A stretch of 64,000 bases of DNA from Takakia lepidozioides. Taxonomy: Eukaryota; Plantae; Bryophyta. Both the position numbers and the translations under genes were made by a program. Below are positions 1 to 12,965 of this stretch, one piece after another. The notes under the pieces were generated by a model. The model saw nothing but the letters and a program-made list of their open reading frames with translations, was not told where the DNA came from and made no database searches. The first letter of the stretch is position 1; every line of letters begins with the position of its first letter. Location of the stretch: assembly GCA_030704615.1 (NCBI GenBank), contig CM060734.1:29326001-29390000 (forward strand), written 5' to 3'.

Positions 1-399
1 CCCGTTTTGAATTCTTTTGGTATGGACATTTTTGACGTGGTTTTGTTCTTACCGCAAGATGCAAAGTAGTGCAGGTGGCAGGACTTCACCGGAGTTCATT
101 GGCAGGAGGAACGTGCCGTTTTCTGCCAGGGGGGATTTCTTCCGTAGTTCTCAAAGGGACTTCACCCTTCCTTCTTATGCTGACCGGCTTGCGAGGGCAA
201 CCATTATGAGGTCTTTCCCAACCTAGTCGTGTACAGCAGATTTTAGACCAAGAAAGCCTCAAGAAAACGAAGATGAAGGACGTGGCAGCAGCTATTAAAG
301 CTCGCAAGATGCGCAGATTTGTCTTAGATTTTGCTGCGGAAAGTGGGGGGGGGGGAAAAGATTCCCAAGAGATCAGGTGGAAAGTCCCCCAAGGAGAGG

Positions 400-477
400 A
401 TAGTAGTACTGATATATCTTAGAGCTCAGAGTATTTTTGAGAGGCATAGTAGTACTGATATATCTTAGAGCTCAGAG
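400..477. repeat. Short tandem duplication (about 32 bp, 2 copies)
   Basis: atagtagtactgatatatcttagagctcagag occurs at about 400-431 and 446-477. Confidence 0.85.
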
Positions 478-1107
478 GATGAGAGGGATGAGGAGGAAGG
501 TGGGGCAGGTCCCTCCGAAATGAGGATAGTAGTGCCCATTCCGGCTATGACAGTTGTATTGTTGTGGCTTGTCACTCAATTTGAAGAAAGTGCCGCACAA
601 TCTCAGTTGTCAAGGACTTTTGACTTGCGCATCTTCATCAAACTGTTCCGTTTTGCATGGATTATGGGAGGAAGTGCAAGTTATGAAAGCCAGATCTGGT
701 ATCCGAGAGTCCATGTTTTGCTACTCTCACAGTGGGATGGTTGAGTGTTGAGATGATCCAAGCTGAAATTTCATATACAGAGTCGCACGCAAAAGCAGCA
801 ATAGGAAAGAGTCTCCCAATGAGTTACTTCTGGCATGTACACATGCACATCGAGTAACGTACTTTTTACAGGGCAGATGGATTCGAGAAAAGGCCCACCA
901 TTGCAAACATTGTAACTTGAATTGTCTAGCTATTGCCTTGCATTCTCAACTACAACGATCTGCTGCGTTTGCAAAGCATATCTTCCATAACACTCATTGC
1001 CAAGCTAAAGCTGTCTGTAGCTGGGTGCATTTTGTGGCTTACTCCACCTCGACCCTATGCTGCGGACATGCCAACAAATGGACCACTGACCCAGGGCTTC
1101 TCTTTCA

Positions 1108-4100
1108 CTAACTCTCTCCAATGTCATCTGGGCGGGGGTGGTGCTGGAGAAGGGTATATTTGACTTTCGTACTTGGCAGATCTGAGGTCTGATCCCTCTC
1201 AAGCATGGGAATATCGGCATCAACCATGGCTTCACTATTAGCAGTAATAGCCTCCGGAGACATGCTAGGATTTTCCAGTGGACTCCCTTGATCTGCAAAA
1301 GGTGCCACTAGCCGGCACGCATTGATTGCTGTAAAAGAAGAGGAGCAGAACTCTCGCTTCCTCCGCTTCCGCTTTGGTATGGACTCTGAAAAGAGAGGGG
1401 GCCTGTCAATTGAAGCGCTGGCAGGAGCCAGGGAGTCACTGCTTGCGGCACCCTTCCCAACCCACAATTTCGAGCTACCTTTGCCCAATGAAAGTGAGTC
1501 CCCGTCAGGGCCTCGCTTGAGGGGAGGAAAGTACCGATGCTGCCGCTCTTTTGCCTCCATATCCACATGCCGACTCTGATAATGTTCGTCATCTGTCTCC
1601 TGCTCATATAATATGATGAATAAAAATATGAAAGAACTAACTCAAAGGTGTAAACTGTATTTTACCTTAAGAGCACACTGGCAGAGGAAGGTCGAGAACC
1701 TGAGATGCGTTCCAGCGACTTTCTTTTCTGCTGATCTTTCTCAACACTAAACTGCAAACAAATCTGCCTCCTAAATTATCGACAAACTATACTACCGATT
1801 GGCACTCAAGACTGAATGTAATCCAAAACCTACAACAAAATTTACCTCACACTACAAATTGGTTTGCAACACCATGACTGACTTGGCCAGCATTCCAATA
1901 TCAATCCATCCCGGCATCATTTTAAGACCAGATAGAGACTCCACAGCGATGTCCTTTTAAGTCACCACTTTCTCTGAATGACCTGCAGTTGCTGCTTCCT
2001 GCGGTCTGCTTGTGAACTGCCCATATCTTCACAGATGCTGGAGCAATAAAGCTGGTGTGGTTGACGAGTTGGTTGAAACTGCCTAAACAATGAAGTGGAG
2101 AAACATCATTGCTGGTACAGATCCTAAGAAAAACTGGCCTGTCACTTCATAAAACATTTCAAATGTGAGAGTGTGTCACGAGGAGAGCACTTCCTTCCAA
2201 AATCAACAGCCAAAATAGAAGTTCAGTCCCAACCTCATCACTGGAGTCTGCATTCCGACTTTGACCTGAGAGAGCCACATTTTCCACTAACCGCCACTGA
2301 GGGGTCTCAATGTCCACATGCCGAACTTGTTCAACATACTTGGCACCCACATTGACAGGCATCACCATGTTGTTTATGTCGTAGTCTGAGGCCCTTCTTC
2401 GTACAGGCCCAGATCCTGACACTGGCCTTGTCAGACCCCCATTAGAGGACGAGGGGGGCCCTGCAGTGGTGCCACCGGTTGAACCCCTAGGGGATGGCAA
2501 TGCAAAACTTGAAGAGGCAACTCGCTGCAGAGCTTGAGGTGCACCCCGTTGTAAGCTATGTGGCAAAGTGGATTTAGGCAGTACAAAGTAAGAAAGATTG
2601 CGATGGGGAGCTCCTCTGCTCAACTGATGCTTGGCCTTTTCCACACGTGCCTGCAGTGCTTCAATTTTCCATAGGACTTGTTCCATTGAATCTTGGCCTC
2701 CCACAGACCCATGCGCTGCTACAGGTTGCTCTTCTGCATCCTCTTCTGGTCTAATTTCAGCATTGGCAACTGTAGGAGACAAACAGTGAACAAAGATCCT
2801 CAATGACAACACTTTCAAACATGCAGTTGAAGTTAGTCATAGATCTTAATAAACTCCAAACATAGAAAAAGTGTTCCTCTACCAATGCTGTTTTCACCCT
2901 CATTGAGTACTGAATGTGAATAATGACAAATAAAAAATCTGTTCACCAGACACACACATCCAGCTCAGAGATAGTTTTCCAAAAAACAGTTGAGGAGTCT
3001 GACCCTCAATACATTCAATGTTGTTAAGTGCCCATATACAGCTCAGAGAGAAAGGCAACACAGACCCTATGAGAACAGTTGTGATAAAAAATGGATTTGT
3101 AGTGCAGTAGAGTGAATGATGACAAAACATGAGCACGGTCAGGGGCGCACAGGTGAGTTGGATTTGCTGATTTTGAAGACTATCAACCTCGCCCTCAACA
3201 CAGGCATCGTCTGACTCCTGCATCTTCTTCTTGTCTGCACAAGATACATCAAACAAAGAAGGGGATTACAGCCTGAGATGGTTAAACCTCCAGTCACATA
3301 TCACAAGACCTCTAAAGACAATAAAAAAGAGGGGCCCTTCAGCAGTCACAGCACAGATACTTACATTGCACATGCTGAAATAAACTGCACACTTGTGATC
3401 AACTAACATGATGTGCAGCAGAGCCCTGGTTACACGCACACCGTCGATTTGCTAATGCATGACAAAATTTCACAAAGCAACAATCATCCACTCAGATTTT
3501 ACCATATCCAGCACCTGTGCTGGAAAAGATAACCTTCAAGTGATGCCAGTCACTAACTGTCTCCACCCATTCTCAACATAAAGTTTATTGGTGCACTTGA
3601 AGTGCCTCAATCCAAGAAGGGATAAGGGTAGAGACAGGTAGAAGTTTCTTATGAGAATATTACGCTGTCAAATAATTTTAAACATTTACTAAAATTGCAG
3701 TAATGTTTATCCTTGAATTAAATAAATCTGCAAGGGAATCAAATGATCTATTGCTATGTCAAGCAACGAGTTCTCTGCCATAGTGGCACATCAAGAGATG
3801 TAACAGGTCCACTGAAGCTCACAGTGGCCAGTAGCAATTGTGGCTCTAAATCTTGCTGAGAATCTGGCCTACTTGAACTGGGTGTAGACATTAGAATCTC
3901 CGTCAGTACCATATCTTGAGAACAGAGGGTGCCTTGCCATAAAAGCATCCAAATCCACGGCGACCTCAACCTTTCTTCGTCGCCTACGGCGCAGGATCCG
4001 ATGCTTTCTAGGCATTTGCCTGAGAGGTACTGTTCGAGCTGCTGATCCCTCTGTGTCCTCCGGCTCCAGCTTCCAGGTCTTTCTAGCCATGATGTCCTCC

Positions 4101-7100
4101 AAAATCTTGTCATATTTGTCAGATTGTGACTGGAGCTCCTTCATTCGCAACTCTAGCCAGCGACACCTCCATTCAATCCCTCGTCTATAGGTCTTCCAGT
4201 CCACATTCAACGCCTTCTTACTCCTGGTTGAAGAGAAGATTAGTATAATTCACAATGCATGCATAATCCAGGATTCACATTACAAGACATCAGAGGAATG
4301 TTGTGATTGTAATTTGAAATCAAGACATGTGGAATTGACAAGTACCAACATTTTCATCACCTAAACATCATTCTGCAAGTATTTATGAGCCTTGACAATC
4401 AATCATTAGCCAATCACAAATTACTGGCCTGCAGATTGACAATAGCCATATCCATCAACACTACCTGTCACTTGTTCCCACAAAATCATCTTCTTGAGGA
4501 GCCAATGCTCCATTCCCATCTCGCAAATGGGATGCAATTTCACCACCTCTTTGACGTCCATCCACTCCAAGATCACCCTCACTCTCACTGTCAGAGGACT
4601 CAAATGAGCTTGAACACTCTGTTGCTTGATCCCCAGAATCGAGCCGGACATCATCGGAACTGACAGATTCAACAATCTCAACATATGTGTTTTGAAAGAA
4701 TGGATTGTTCCTGTGAGGCTCTGCCTCCTTTTCTCCATCTGCAGATTTTCCTCCTACCTCTACCTTTTCTTCCTTTAAACTGGTGTCTTTGAACCTAGCA
4801 ACAGGTGGAACAATGCACACTGTATCCTCTCCAAGCACACCCACAGACTCTTCCTGCCCTTCACCTGACGACTTTGAAAGGTAGATTGCATCCCCTTCAA
4901 TTGATCCCTCTGAGCATCCATCGACTTGTATCAAGGGTGGGTTTCTTTCAACTGGGCCAGCAACAACACCTTCCACAGCAGTTTTCACAACCTTGCCTTC
5001 TGAAAGGCTGGCTTGCTGTTCAGCAGAACCATGCCCAGCACCACCTCCTCCTTCACTTGGTGCCTCCCTCTTCAGATTTGCAACTGCAATCTCCTCTGTG
5101 GCTCTGGTTATGCCCACCAGAGTATCCCCTACTCCAGCATACTGCTCTAAGTGCTTCTTGCCTTGCCGAAGAAGATTGCTCGCAGCGCTCCATATTTTGG
5201 ATCGCTTTTGATTGTACTTCATGGCATTGTAACATATTCGCTCGAAGTCTTCCTGTAGAACAAGAACATTACAAGGATTGCAAGGAAATTTGAGATCCAA
5301 ATCAAGGATATGGAAAGAATGCCTGATAAACTATTTCTGTCAAGTCAGGACGACTTGTGCCAACTTGACCTGCCAAGTTTCTCTAGCAGCTGTCTTCCAC
5401 TTGAATGCCCTGCCAGATATTACACTTGACCAATAAGCCGGCAGGGCATTCAAGTGGAAGACAGCTGCTAGAGAAACTTGACAGTTGTCTCTCACTAATG
5501 CTTCGCACCTGGGGTTGGCTTCGGGAAAGAAACCACATCTAGCCAGACTGACAACAATGATATCGTTATAATCAACGCAAGAGACTCAAGAACCTTTTGC
5601 TCAAGTTCGAAGAAGATAAGCCGAAAAGCAAATCTAAGAAAAACTTTGTGAGATGGTTGCTTTGGGAATACCACAAACATCCGCCATGATTGGTACTGTT
5701 GGGCGAAGATCTTCTGTTGCATCATTGCAAAGCACATTGGTGTTTTAATAATCTTGGAGTAATTGGGAGCAAACGAGTCATCCACCGGGTCCACAGAAAT
5801 TCCATTTGCATCGAGACTGCTCCAACCACACAACAGCAAATTATTCACAGAAAGTATTCATGCCGGTTACATAGCTGAATCTAGCCTTCTGTTTGGTTCC
5901 TAAGCAAAATCAACATAAGACAGACTGGGAAAGCCTAGGGACTAACATGGACCCCTGATAATGTACAAGGAGTAACATCAAGAACCAAGGTAACCCCCTT
6001 CTGTGGAGGGCGACTGGTACCTTATGTGAAACAAGAGTCACAATCATCAAGAAAACACTTGCACAGAAAAAAATGTGCACCAGAATTATGAGCACTCTAC
6101 ATTTACCCTATCGCAAGTCTGGCCCAAGGAAGATCAACGAATAATCAAGACTGCTGAATGTTATCCACTGCAGAAAAATTCAAAATATGACATCTCCTTT
6201 TGACTCATGACCTTTGACCATCAACAATGTGCCATGAAGCCTGAAAAATGTAGGGCAGTCAACAAAATGTGAGCAAGAACTATGAGGTTTCAAGTGGTGT
6301 CATTCCCACAACCTTCCACGTGGTTAGTCTTGGAAGTATTGCTTGGTTTGATTCCCTAGCAAATTTGCACAAGCAAACAGATGATTGTGCAAGAACTGCT
6401 GGGCGAAGTCCAAAGACACAAGAATACTTCATCAATTCAAGGGAAATGAAGAGAGTCATACTGTAAGTACTATTGCGGTAAATCAATCCTTCTGAATAGG
6501 TTCCTTTCAGTCCAAAGTTACCTTATAAGAAATTCCAGAATACCAACCAGGCCTACTTCTCTCTGCGTGAGAGAGTCCTTTTCGGTCGCCCGCATCTCAT
6601 TTTCATTTCCAACATGGCTCTTGCTGTTCACTCCCTCGTAAGCTCCACTTGCTAAGCTGCCATTGTCATCCAACTGGTCGTGCTCACCATTCTTCTTTCC
6701 CCCTCCACTCGACTGCTCAAAGCCTGCCTTCCCTATCTTCGCTACTAACAAATGAGCCAGCACTTTCAGAGTAGTTTCTCCTGTTCAGACCCAGAGTCAT
6801 TTGCAGACTGGGTGTGAAATATGTACCCAGGCATAAGTCTTGTTTCACTCTACTTGATGGTTGAAACTTCAATGCTTAGCTTTCAAACAGTTTATCATCG
6901 GCCATCACATCCGATGCCTGACCAAAGGTACTGCCACGAAAGCCTGCTACCCAAGAGCCGCCACCCTGTAGTAAATTCAACAACTCATCCACGACGCCTA
7001 AATACTTCTACTTCCAACGGCACAACACCACGACTCAAAATACAACAATGATAACAGAACAAAGAAGCCCAAAACAAACTAAACGACACAATCCCACAAA

Positions 7101-7265
7101 AGTGGGCCAAAACAGATATCCTCATCAGTCATTTCCCTGGAAGCGACGCCGTACTTCTCTTCCGGATACACTGATACACAACTTACCTGTACCAGTCGGC
7201 CAGATTTGTATGCAAAAAATAATCGCTGTCTCAAACGCCTTTGCACGGTTGAAGGCACTTGCCAT
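1108..7265 (-). CDS. Bromodomain + KANSL1/NSL1-like (WIN motif, PEHE domain) protein. Predicted exons: 7265-7187, 6780-6522, 5816-5672, 5252-4465, 4223-3910, 3234-3151, 2769-2234, 1599-1108. Start codon and the exon-6 donor are uncertain.
   Basis: All seven introns are GT-AG with matching phases (1,2,0,2,1,1,0). Bromodomain: LDANGISVDPVDDSFAPNYSKIIKTPM...EDFERICYNAMKYN. KANSL1-like blocks: EWRCRWLELRMKEL, SAARTVPL, DYDINNMVMP...DIETPQWRLV...ETDDEHYQSRHVDMEAKER. Confidence 0.85.
5374..5480. repeat. Perfect 41-bp inverted repeat with 25-nt loop in intron 3 of the bromodomain gene
   Basis: 5374-5414 (caagtttctctagcagctgtcttccacttgaatgccctgcc) is the exact reverse complement of 5440-5480. Confidence 0.95.
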
Positions 7266-8716
7266 GCCGAGCCCTCCCACCTCCGCCTTCTTCCCAGCAC
7301 ACCCGTGACGCTCAGGCGGTGGCACGCATAAACTTCTTCCCCAAGTCTTTCGATTTCTGATCCTCGCAAGCCTCGTTCCATTGCAGGCTGGTGCGAGAAG
7401 AAAGACGACCCCAGCACCCCCATGACACCATCCCCATTCAACCCGCGCATCATGTCTCCATCATGCGTGCATGCAAGTGGGAAAAAGGAAAAAAAACGTG
7501 CATGCATGTATGTGTGCCACCCGCGCCTTGCATCGCACCCCTACGCCTACAATAAAAAAAACGACAAAGTTCAGAAGCTCAAGAATGGACGTGGCATCCC
7601 TCCATGGCCATACAAGGCACGCATGCATGCATCCTGAAAATGGGCAACCTGCTTCTTTCAATAGCAACGTCACTGCTGCTTTTTCTTTATATATTTTATT
7701 TTACTGGCTCTCTTGTAGAAAGAGACTAATGGAATACTATTTGGACGGTGAGGGGCACAGTGTCTCAGTGTCCGTCACCATTAACGGCGACTGACTCCGT
7801 GAGCCGTCTCCGTGAATGTGGCACAACTACCAAGTAATGCCAAAAATAATTTACATGTAACTTATAGATTTCAAAGCAAGATTTTCTCCTGCCCAGGTAC
7901 ATGAGAATTTCTGTCCAAAGGGAACATGAGGAAAATAAAACGGTTGCATTTGCAAACTTTGCATCAAGGTGCAGATGCAGAGCGCGTAGACTCTTGCATT
8001 CCCTATGAATCGACAGCTACAAGGAATCTGCGGGTAGATGTTCTTCATACTAGCTCTATGTTTCCCAGACCGCACACCAATCACCAGTCTGGGAAACAGA
8101 GCGTTAATTTGAAGAACATTGCTTCATGCATGAAAGTTCTGAGGAAGAGAGGTCATGCTGCCAAGCTAGGGCAGAACCTCATCAAGCACAGGAGGGAAGA
8201 AGAGGACGATGAGCACCTGATGAGACTGGAAGATGAGGGCATGATCAAAGCTGGATATGGAAACTTCTAGGTTGGGAGAAACAGAGATGATAAAAGTAAA
8301 AGAGGCTTTTGATCAATGCTCCTCGTCGCCGTTACCTATCTCAAAAACGGCAAGGAAGGGCGTGATCTCACAGCAAGCTGAAGCAGAGAAGAACTCTCTG
8401 TCTAAGGATGATGATAAAATTGTCCATGACAACCTGGAGATGCGAAAGGGAGGACTGAACTGTGTAGTCGCCCAGGTGCACCCAAAGAGGGCTGAAGCTG
8501 ACCCACAAGCTTAGATCAACAGTCAGTAGCTCAGTTGGATAGTGTACTGAGTGCCACCCAGAGGATTCTGGGATCAAATCCTCCTATCTTGACGGGTGTG
8601 GTATGTTCTTCTCCCCCTTCCGTGGGCAGGTCCCATTTGGATGCCTTTATGGCGAGGCTATTGTGAAAGAGGTTATTTTCTCCTCTCACTATTAAGCGGA
8701 CCTGATTATTATTATT

Positions 8717-9270
8717 ATTTTTTATTTTTATTTTTTGAAAACAGGGGACAATGACCCTGATGGAAACTTTATTTGGAGTTATTTCGGGGGAAAAAAATTA
8801 AAACCCCTATTACACCATGAAGCACACACACCGTAATCAGTGAACAATGGAACCTAACCCCTTGAAAAGGGAGGAAGACCTTACCAAGACTGAGTCCCAA
8901 ATTTCTGTAGGACTTCTAAAAGAACATCTACGCTTTTAATCTTGTATGATGGGCTAGATTAAAATATGAAAGGCTTAGAGTCTTGCCATTAAACATTGAC
9001 TTTGGCCAAATCGAGTTATCTATAATGAAGCCACGAGGCTTTTGTAGAATCGCGGAGGTATTTCCAATTTGTGTCACGATCGAACTCGGGGGATGTGGTG
9101 GAGGGTGGCATGGAGAGCTTGCCAAGGGGATGGTGGCAACTCGGTCCAGGTGTAGAGGTTTGTGGACGCACTGTTGCAGATGAGGCCCTGGTTGCCCCAT
9201 GAGGCTTGGAAGGCAACGTAGATTGCGATAGCGTTTTGTGGGTTGCGCTTGATGTTTGCACAAAGTTTCC
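8717..9270 (-). mobile_element. LINE 3' end remnant, related to the LINE at 59.5-62.5 kb
   Basis: T-tract followed by gaaaacagggga...aaaaaaattaaaacccc.attacacc matches 59523-59640. Peptide SPEFDRDTNWKYLR matches SPEFDRDINWHHIK. Confidence 0.8.
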
Positions 9271-9408
9271 CGCCTCCCTCAAGCGGGTCAAAATTAAATC
9301 TTGGCTGGCCCCTTTTTTGCAGAAAGATTCTATAATATTCCTTCAGGAGCATAAGCTAACCCAGGACAAAATTAACTCACTGACAGACCATCTCTGGCCA
9401 TTAGCTTC
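9268..9408 (+). mobile_element. LINE APE-endonuclease N-terminal fragment, interrupted by the Pack-CACTA and resuming at about 14091-14135
   Basis: KRVKIKSWL...IIFLQEHKL...HLWPLA contains the L1-type LQE motif. The frame continues as SLWKPTSVG after removing the CACTA and one TSD copy. Confidence 0.6.
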
Positions 9409-10387
9409 CACTACAACAGATCCCGGCTTTAACGTCTGCCACATTTGCCCAGTCGTAGCATATATGTCTACAAAATGCAAGGGGGCGTCCTGGTTGCCAT
9501 TTATGACCACCAGAAGTCGTATATGCCACCTTGTACGTCCGCCACGTCAGGATCTGCGGTCAAACACGTTTGACCAGATAGGGGAAGATGGTAGATACGA
9601 CTAGGAGTCATGGCCAAAACTGCAACATGATGACGTGAGCATGGGAATGTATGACTGTCAATATTCACGACTGCACGTGACGATTGTCGGTTGCCCAAGG
9701 AGTGTCTACGTGGACGATGCCAACATAAATGGATGAAACAGATGCAGGATGTGATTGCAAATGACGACATGTCAACATATCATTGCTCGCGGGCACTAAG
9801 CCACACCCTGTGAATGAAGGAATGAATGGATGAATGAATGATTAAAATGAATTAGGATGAGTGAACTAGGATGAATTAGGATAAATGTGCTTGAATTTAG
9901 GGTTGCTAGGTCGCAGTGTTAAGTATGAGGATAATAAGTAGTAAAAACATTTAACTACTGTTTCACTGATCCAGCAGATTAAGAGTAAACTAATCGACTG
10001 TTGGTTAAGGTTAGTGAAACAAAACGACTGTATTATCTCAACGAATGATACACAAACGCCTTGCTGGCAACTATTGGATGAACATATCAAACATAACTTT
10101 TGTGCACTGGATGAACGTATGAACGAATGATACAACAAACGCCTTATTGGCAACTATTGGATGAACATGAGAACAAATAATAATGCAAACGCTGAGCTGG
10201 CAGTAATGGATGAACTGACAGTGAAACTCATTTAAGGATTCATTTTGGATGAATGGATGAAATTAAAATGGCCAAAAAATGGAAAAAACAAAATCCATCC
10301 ATCTATCGCTACATTCATCCATCCAGTCATGAGTAGAGGGGATTTACCGTTTTTTTTTTCCTCCCATGCCATCTGTTTGTTTTCTTT

Positions 10388-10532
10388 GTGTCGAGTTTGA
10401 TCGTGAGAGACGACAAACAGGACGAAGTTGTGTTTGCTTTCTTATAGTGTCGAGTCTGATCATGAGAGACGTCGATCAGGGCGAAGCTATGTTTGTTTTG
10501 TTTTAGTGTCGAGTCTGATCATGAGAGACGAC
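10388..10532. repeat. About 59-bp tandem repeat, 3 copies, inside the Pack-CACTA
   Basis: Core gtgtcgagtctgatcatgagagacg at about 10388, 10447 and 10506. Confidence 0.75.
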
Positions 10533-10564
10533 GAGCGGAGCTGGTGGGATAGGGGGCGGACAAG

Positions 10565-10643
10565 GACTCAAACCCTAGAATCGGGGCATGAAGATGTGGT
10601 GCACGATGTGGCCATCGATTACTATGGGAAGCGGCTCGCCACC
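10565..10643 (+). pseudogene. SEC13: Captured N-terminal fragment of a SEC13-like WD40 gene
   Basis: TQTLESGHEDVVHDVAIDYYGKRLAT matches the conserved SEC13 N-terminus. Confidence 0.85.
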
Positions 10644-10744
10644 TTCACGATCACGATGGACAACCGCAATCGCAAGGTGTGGCTTTTTCTCAATGTACGA
10701 TGTGAAGAAGTTTGTTCATCTTGCAACAAAAAGGCTTAAGCCAA

Positions 10745-12020
10745 ATGCGCTTGCGACCTATGAGCAAATGATTGAGCAAGGGGTATTGCCCAACAAAGTC
10801 ATGTTCATTTGCGCTCTCAATGCATGTGCGAGCCTGGCAGCCCTGGAAAAGGGCAAAGAGGTCCATGCTACGATCGATGTTGGAACATAGTCATATTTGA
10901 ATCTGAAGAATACTCTCGTTGATATGTATGTCAAGTGTGGGGTTGCAGCTGGCAGGTGGGGTGATCCCACAGAGGCGAGAACAATGATGAAGGACAAAGG
11001 TGTTAGAAAGGAGGCAGGGCACAGCTGCATTGAGGTTGACAATCGGGTGCATAAGTTTACTGTATGAATCGAGTGAATCTGATGTAAAGAGAAGGTGTGA
11101 AGGCAGATAAGGTCATTTTCTTGTGCATCTTGAATGCATGTTCCAGCCCATTGTTGATAGAGCAAGGCAAGTAGCTCCATGAGGGCATCATTAGAGCTGG
11201 ATTTCAATCAAATGTCAGTATGGGGAATGCCCTCGTCAGCATGTATTGCAAATGCGGGGGTGTGGAAGATACACGGGAAGTGTTTGCAAAATTGCCCAAG
11301 CGCGATGTGATCTCATGGAATTGGATGATAGCTGGATTAGCTCAGACAGATCACGCACAAGAGGCACTTGAACTATTGACAGTGAACCAAAAGGATTCTA
11401 CTGAGAAAATTCGCCCTTTACATACCAGAGTGGCTGAGCCTGAACAGGAACTACAAACCCTACATGTGATGATAGTTGGACTCGGCAAGACTGCCCAGTC
11501 TACTGAGGAGAGGGCAGCTCCTCATGTGGGTAGTGCAACTATAGTTAATGCCAGAATTTTGGTGCTTCAAGGACTGCCCCAATCACACCTGAAAGCTGCT
11601 GGAGAACAACTTGATCTTTTGGTGGCTGACTTAACTGAGTTCAAACAGGAATAATGCAATTCACAGCAGCAGGTAGCAGAGCTGGTCATGGGCAAAGAGG
11701 TGCATGGGGATATCATCAAAGCTGGAATTGTACCAAACGTCATTCTAAACACTACCCTGGCAGCTCTGGAAAAGGGGAAAGAGGTCCATGGCGACATCTT
11801 CACAGCTGGAATTGTACCAGATTTCATTTTGAACAACACCTTGGTGGACATGTTTGCAAAATGTGGGTGCATCTAAGATGCAAAGGGAGTGTTCAACACT
11901 ATGGCTGAACAAGATGTGGCGTCGTGCAAGCCTGGCAGCCCTAGAGAAGGGCAAAGAGGTGCATGGGGATATCGTCAAAGCTGGAAAGTACCAAATGTCA
12001 TTCTAAACACTGCCATGGCA
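10745..12020 (+). pseudogene. Captured, shuffled PLS-class PPR gene fragments, including an E-domain piece, with stops and frameshifts
   Basis: ALATYEQMIEQGVLPNKVMFICALNACASLAALEKGKEVH; GNALVSMYCKCGGVEDTREVFAKLPKRDVISWN; MKDKGVRKEAGHSCIEVDNRVHKF; repeated ALEKGKEVHGDI. Confidence 0.85.
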
Positions 12021-12639
12021 GCTCATTCACTACCCACTTTGGATTGGTAGCTAGCATGCACAGGCAGCCTGTTGCTAACCAGTGCTTGTTTGGGATATTA
12101 TCTATTGTCCAGTCTTAGCTTCTTTGCTGTTGGTTTGCCCTTTGAAACCGGAGTCAAATTAGCAGTTTTAAAATCTGAAATAGCATATCTACCAGGGAAT
12201 AACTTCGTCCCAAATGGCCATTTTCTCTTTACTCAGTTCAACAATTTAACCATCTGGAGATGATATGAAGTGGCAGTACCTGGACAACCCAGAGGGCAAG
12301 CCATCCCTTCCAATAATTGCAGACGTATGTGCAGCACCAAAGTTTATATTGATTAGGGAAACGCCTTTGACTTCCCACAGGTCAAGTTGCATGGATAGTT
12401 TGTCAATGAGGTGAGAGTCATAGTCTGTTCAAGTGTCAGTTCACATTCCATCGATAGGAAGATCATGTCTGCCATGAATAGTCTTTCATTGGAATCCACA
12501 AAGGGCAATTCAGATATGATCTGCAGTATGCCACTGTGCTATGTCAACTGGAAGCCACAGCAACACCGGCACAATTGATATGCACTGCTAATCAAGGCAC
12601 CTTCTTCAACATGTTTCACCTTGTTTTACGGCCCTAGAT

Positions 12640-12965
12640 TTTTATGTTGACTTCTGCAAGTTAGCTGGTTGAGTGAACCTTTGATAGTTTGGAGTGACTT
12701 TGACATGATACTGCCAATGTGACAACAGGAAAGTATCCAAAAACAGGTAACAGAGATGAGGAGAAGTTGTGGAATGAATACTTTTCTGACCCCAGTCAAC
12801 GGTGGGACAACCAAGGCAAAAAGGTGTATGCCCGTCAATTACCAGATGTCATTCTGAATACTGCCCTAGTGGACATGTATGCCAAATGCGGGTGCATCGA
12901 GGATGTAAAGGAGTGTTCAACACTATGGCTGAATGAGATGTGGTGTCGTGGAATGCGATGTTTGC
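12640..12965 (+). pseudogene. Captured intron end plus exon of an OSB-like organellar ssDNA-binding gene (PDF-motif region), joined to a further PPR fragment
   Basis: EEKLWNEYFSDPSQRWDNQGKK resembles the OSB LWxxFFxxPxxWWDNR motif. It is followed by DVILNTALVDMYAKCGCIED. Confidence 0.65.

Noticed and set aside
554-751. Possible PPR E-domain remnant (LHGLWEEVQVMKARSGIR)
   Set aside because: Too short and degenerate to support a call.
5790-5805. Bromodomain GIS (TCT) instead of the usual GIF as a C-to-U editing site
   Set aside because: This is a nuclear gene, and plant C-to-U editing is organellar. A simple substitution is more likely.
7926-8610. Charged ORFs ending in a PPT/LTR-junction-like sequence
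   Set aside because: No recognisable domain and no confirmable LTR.
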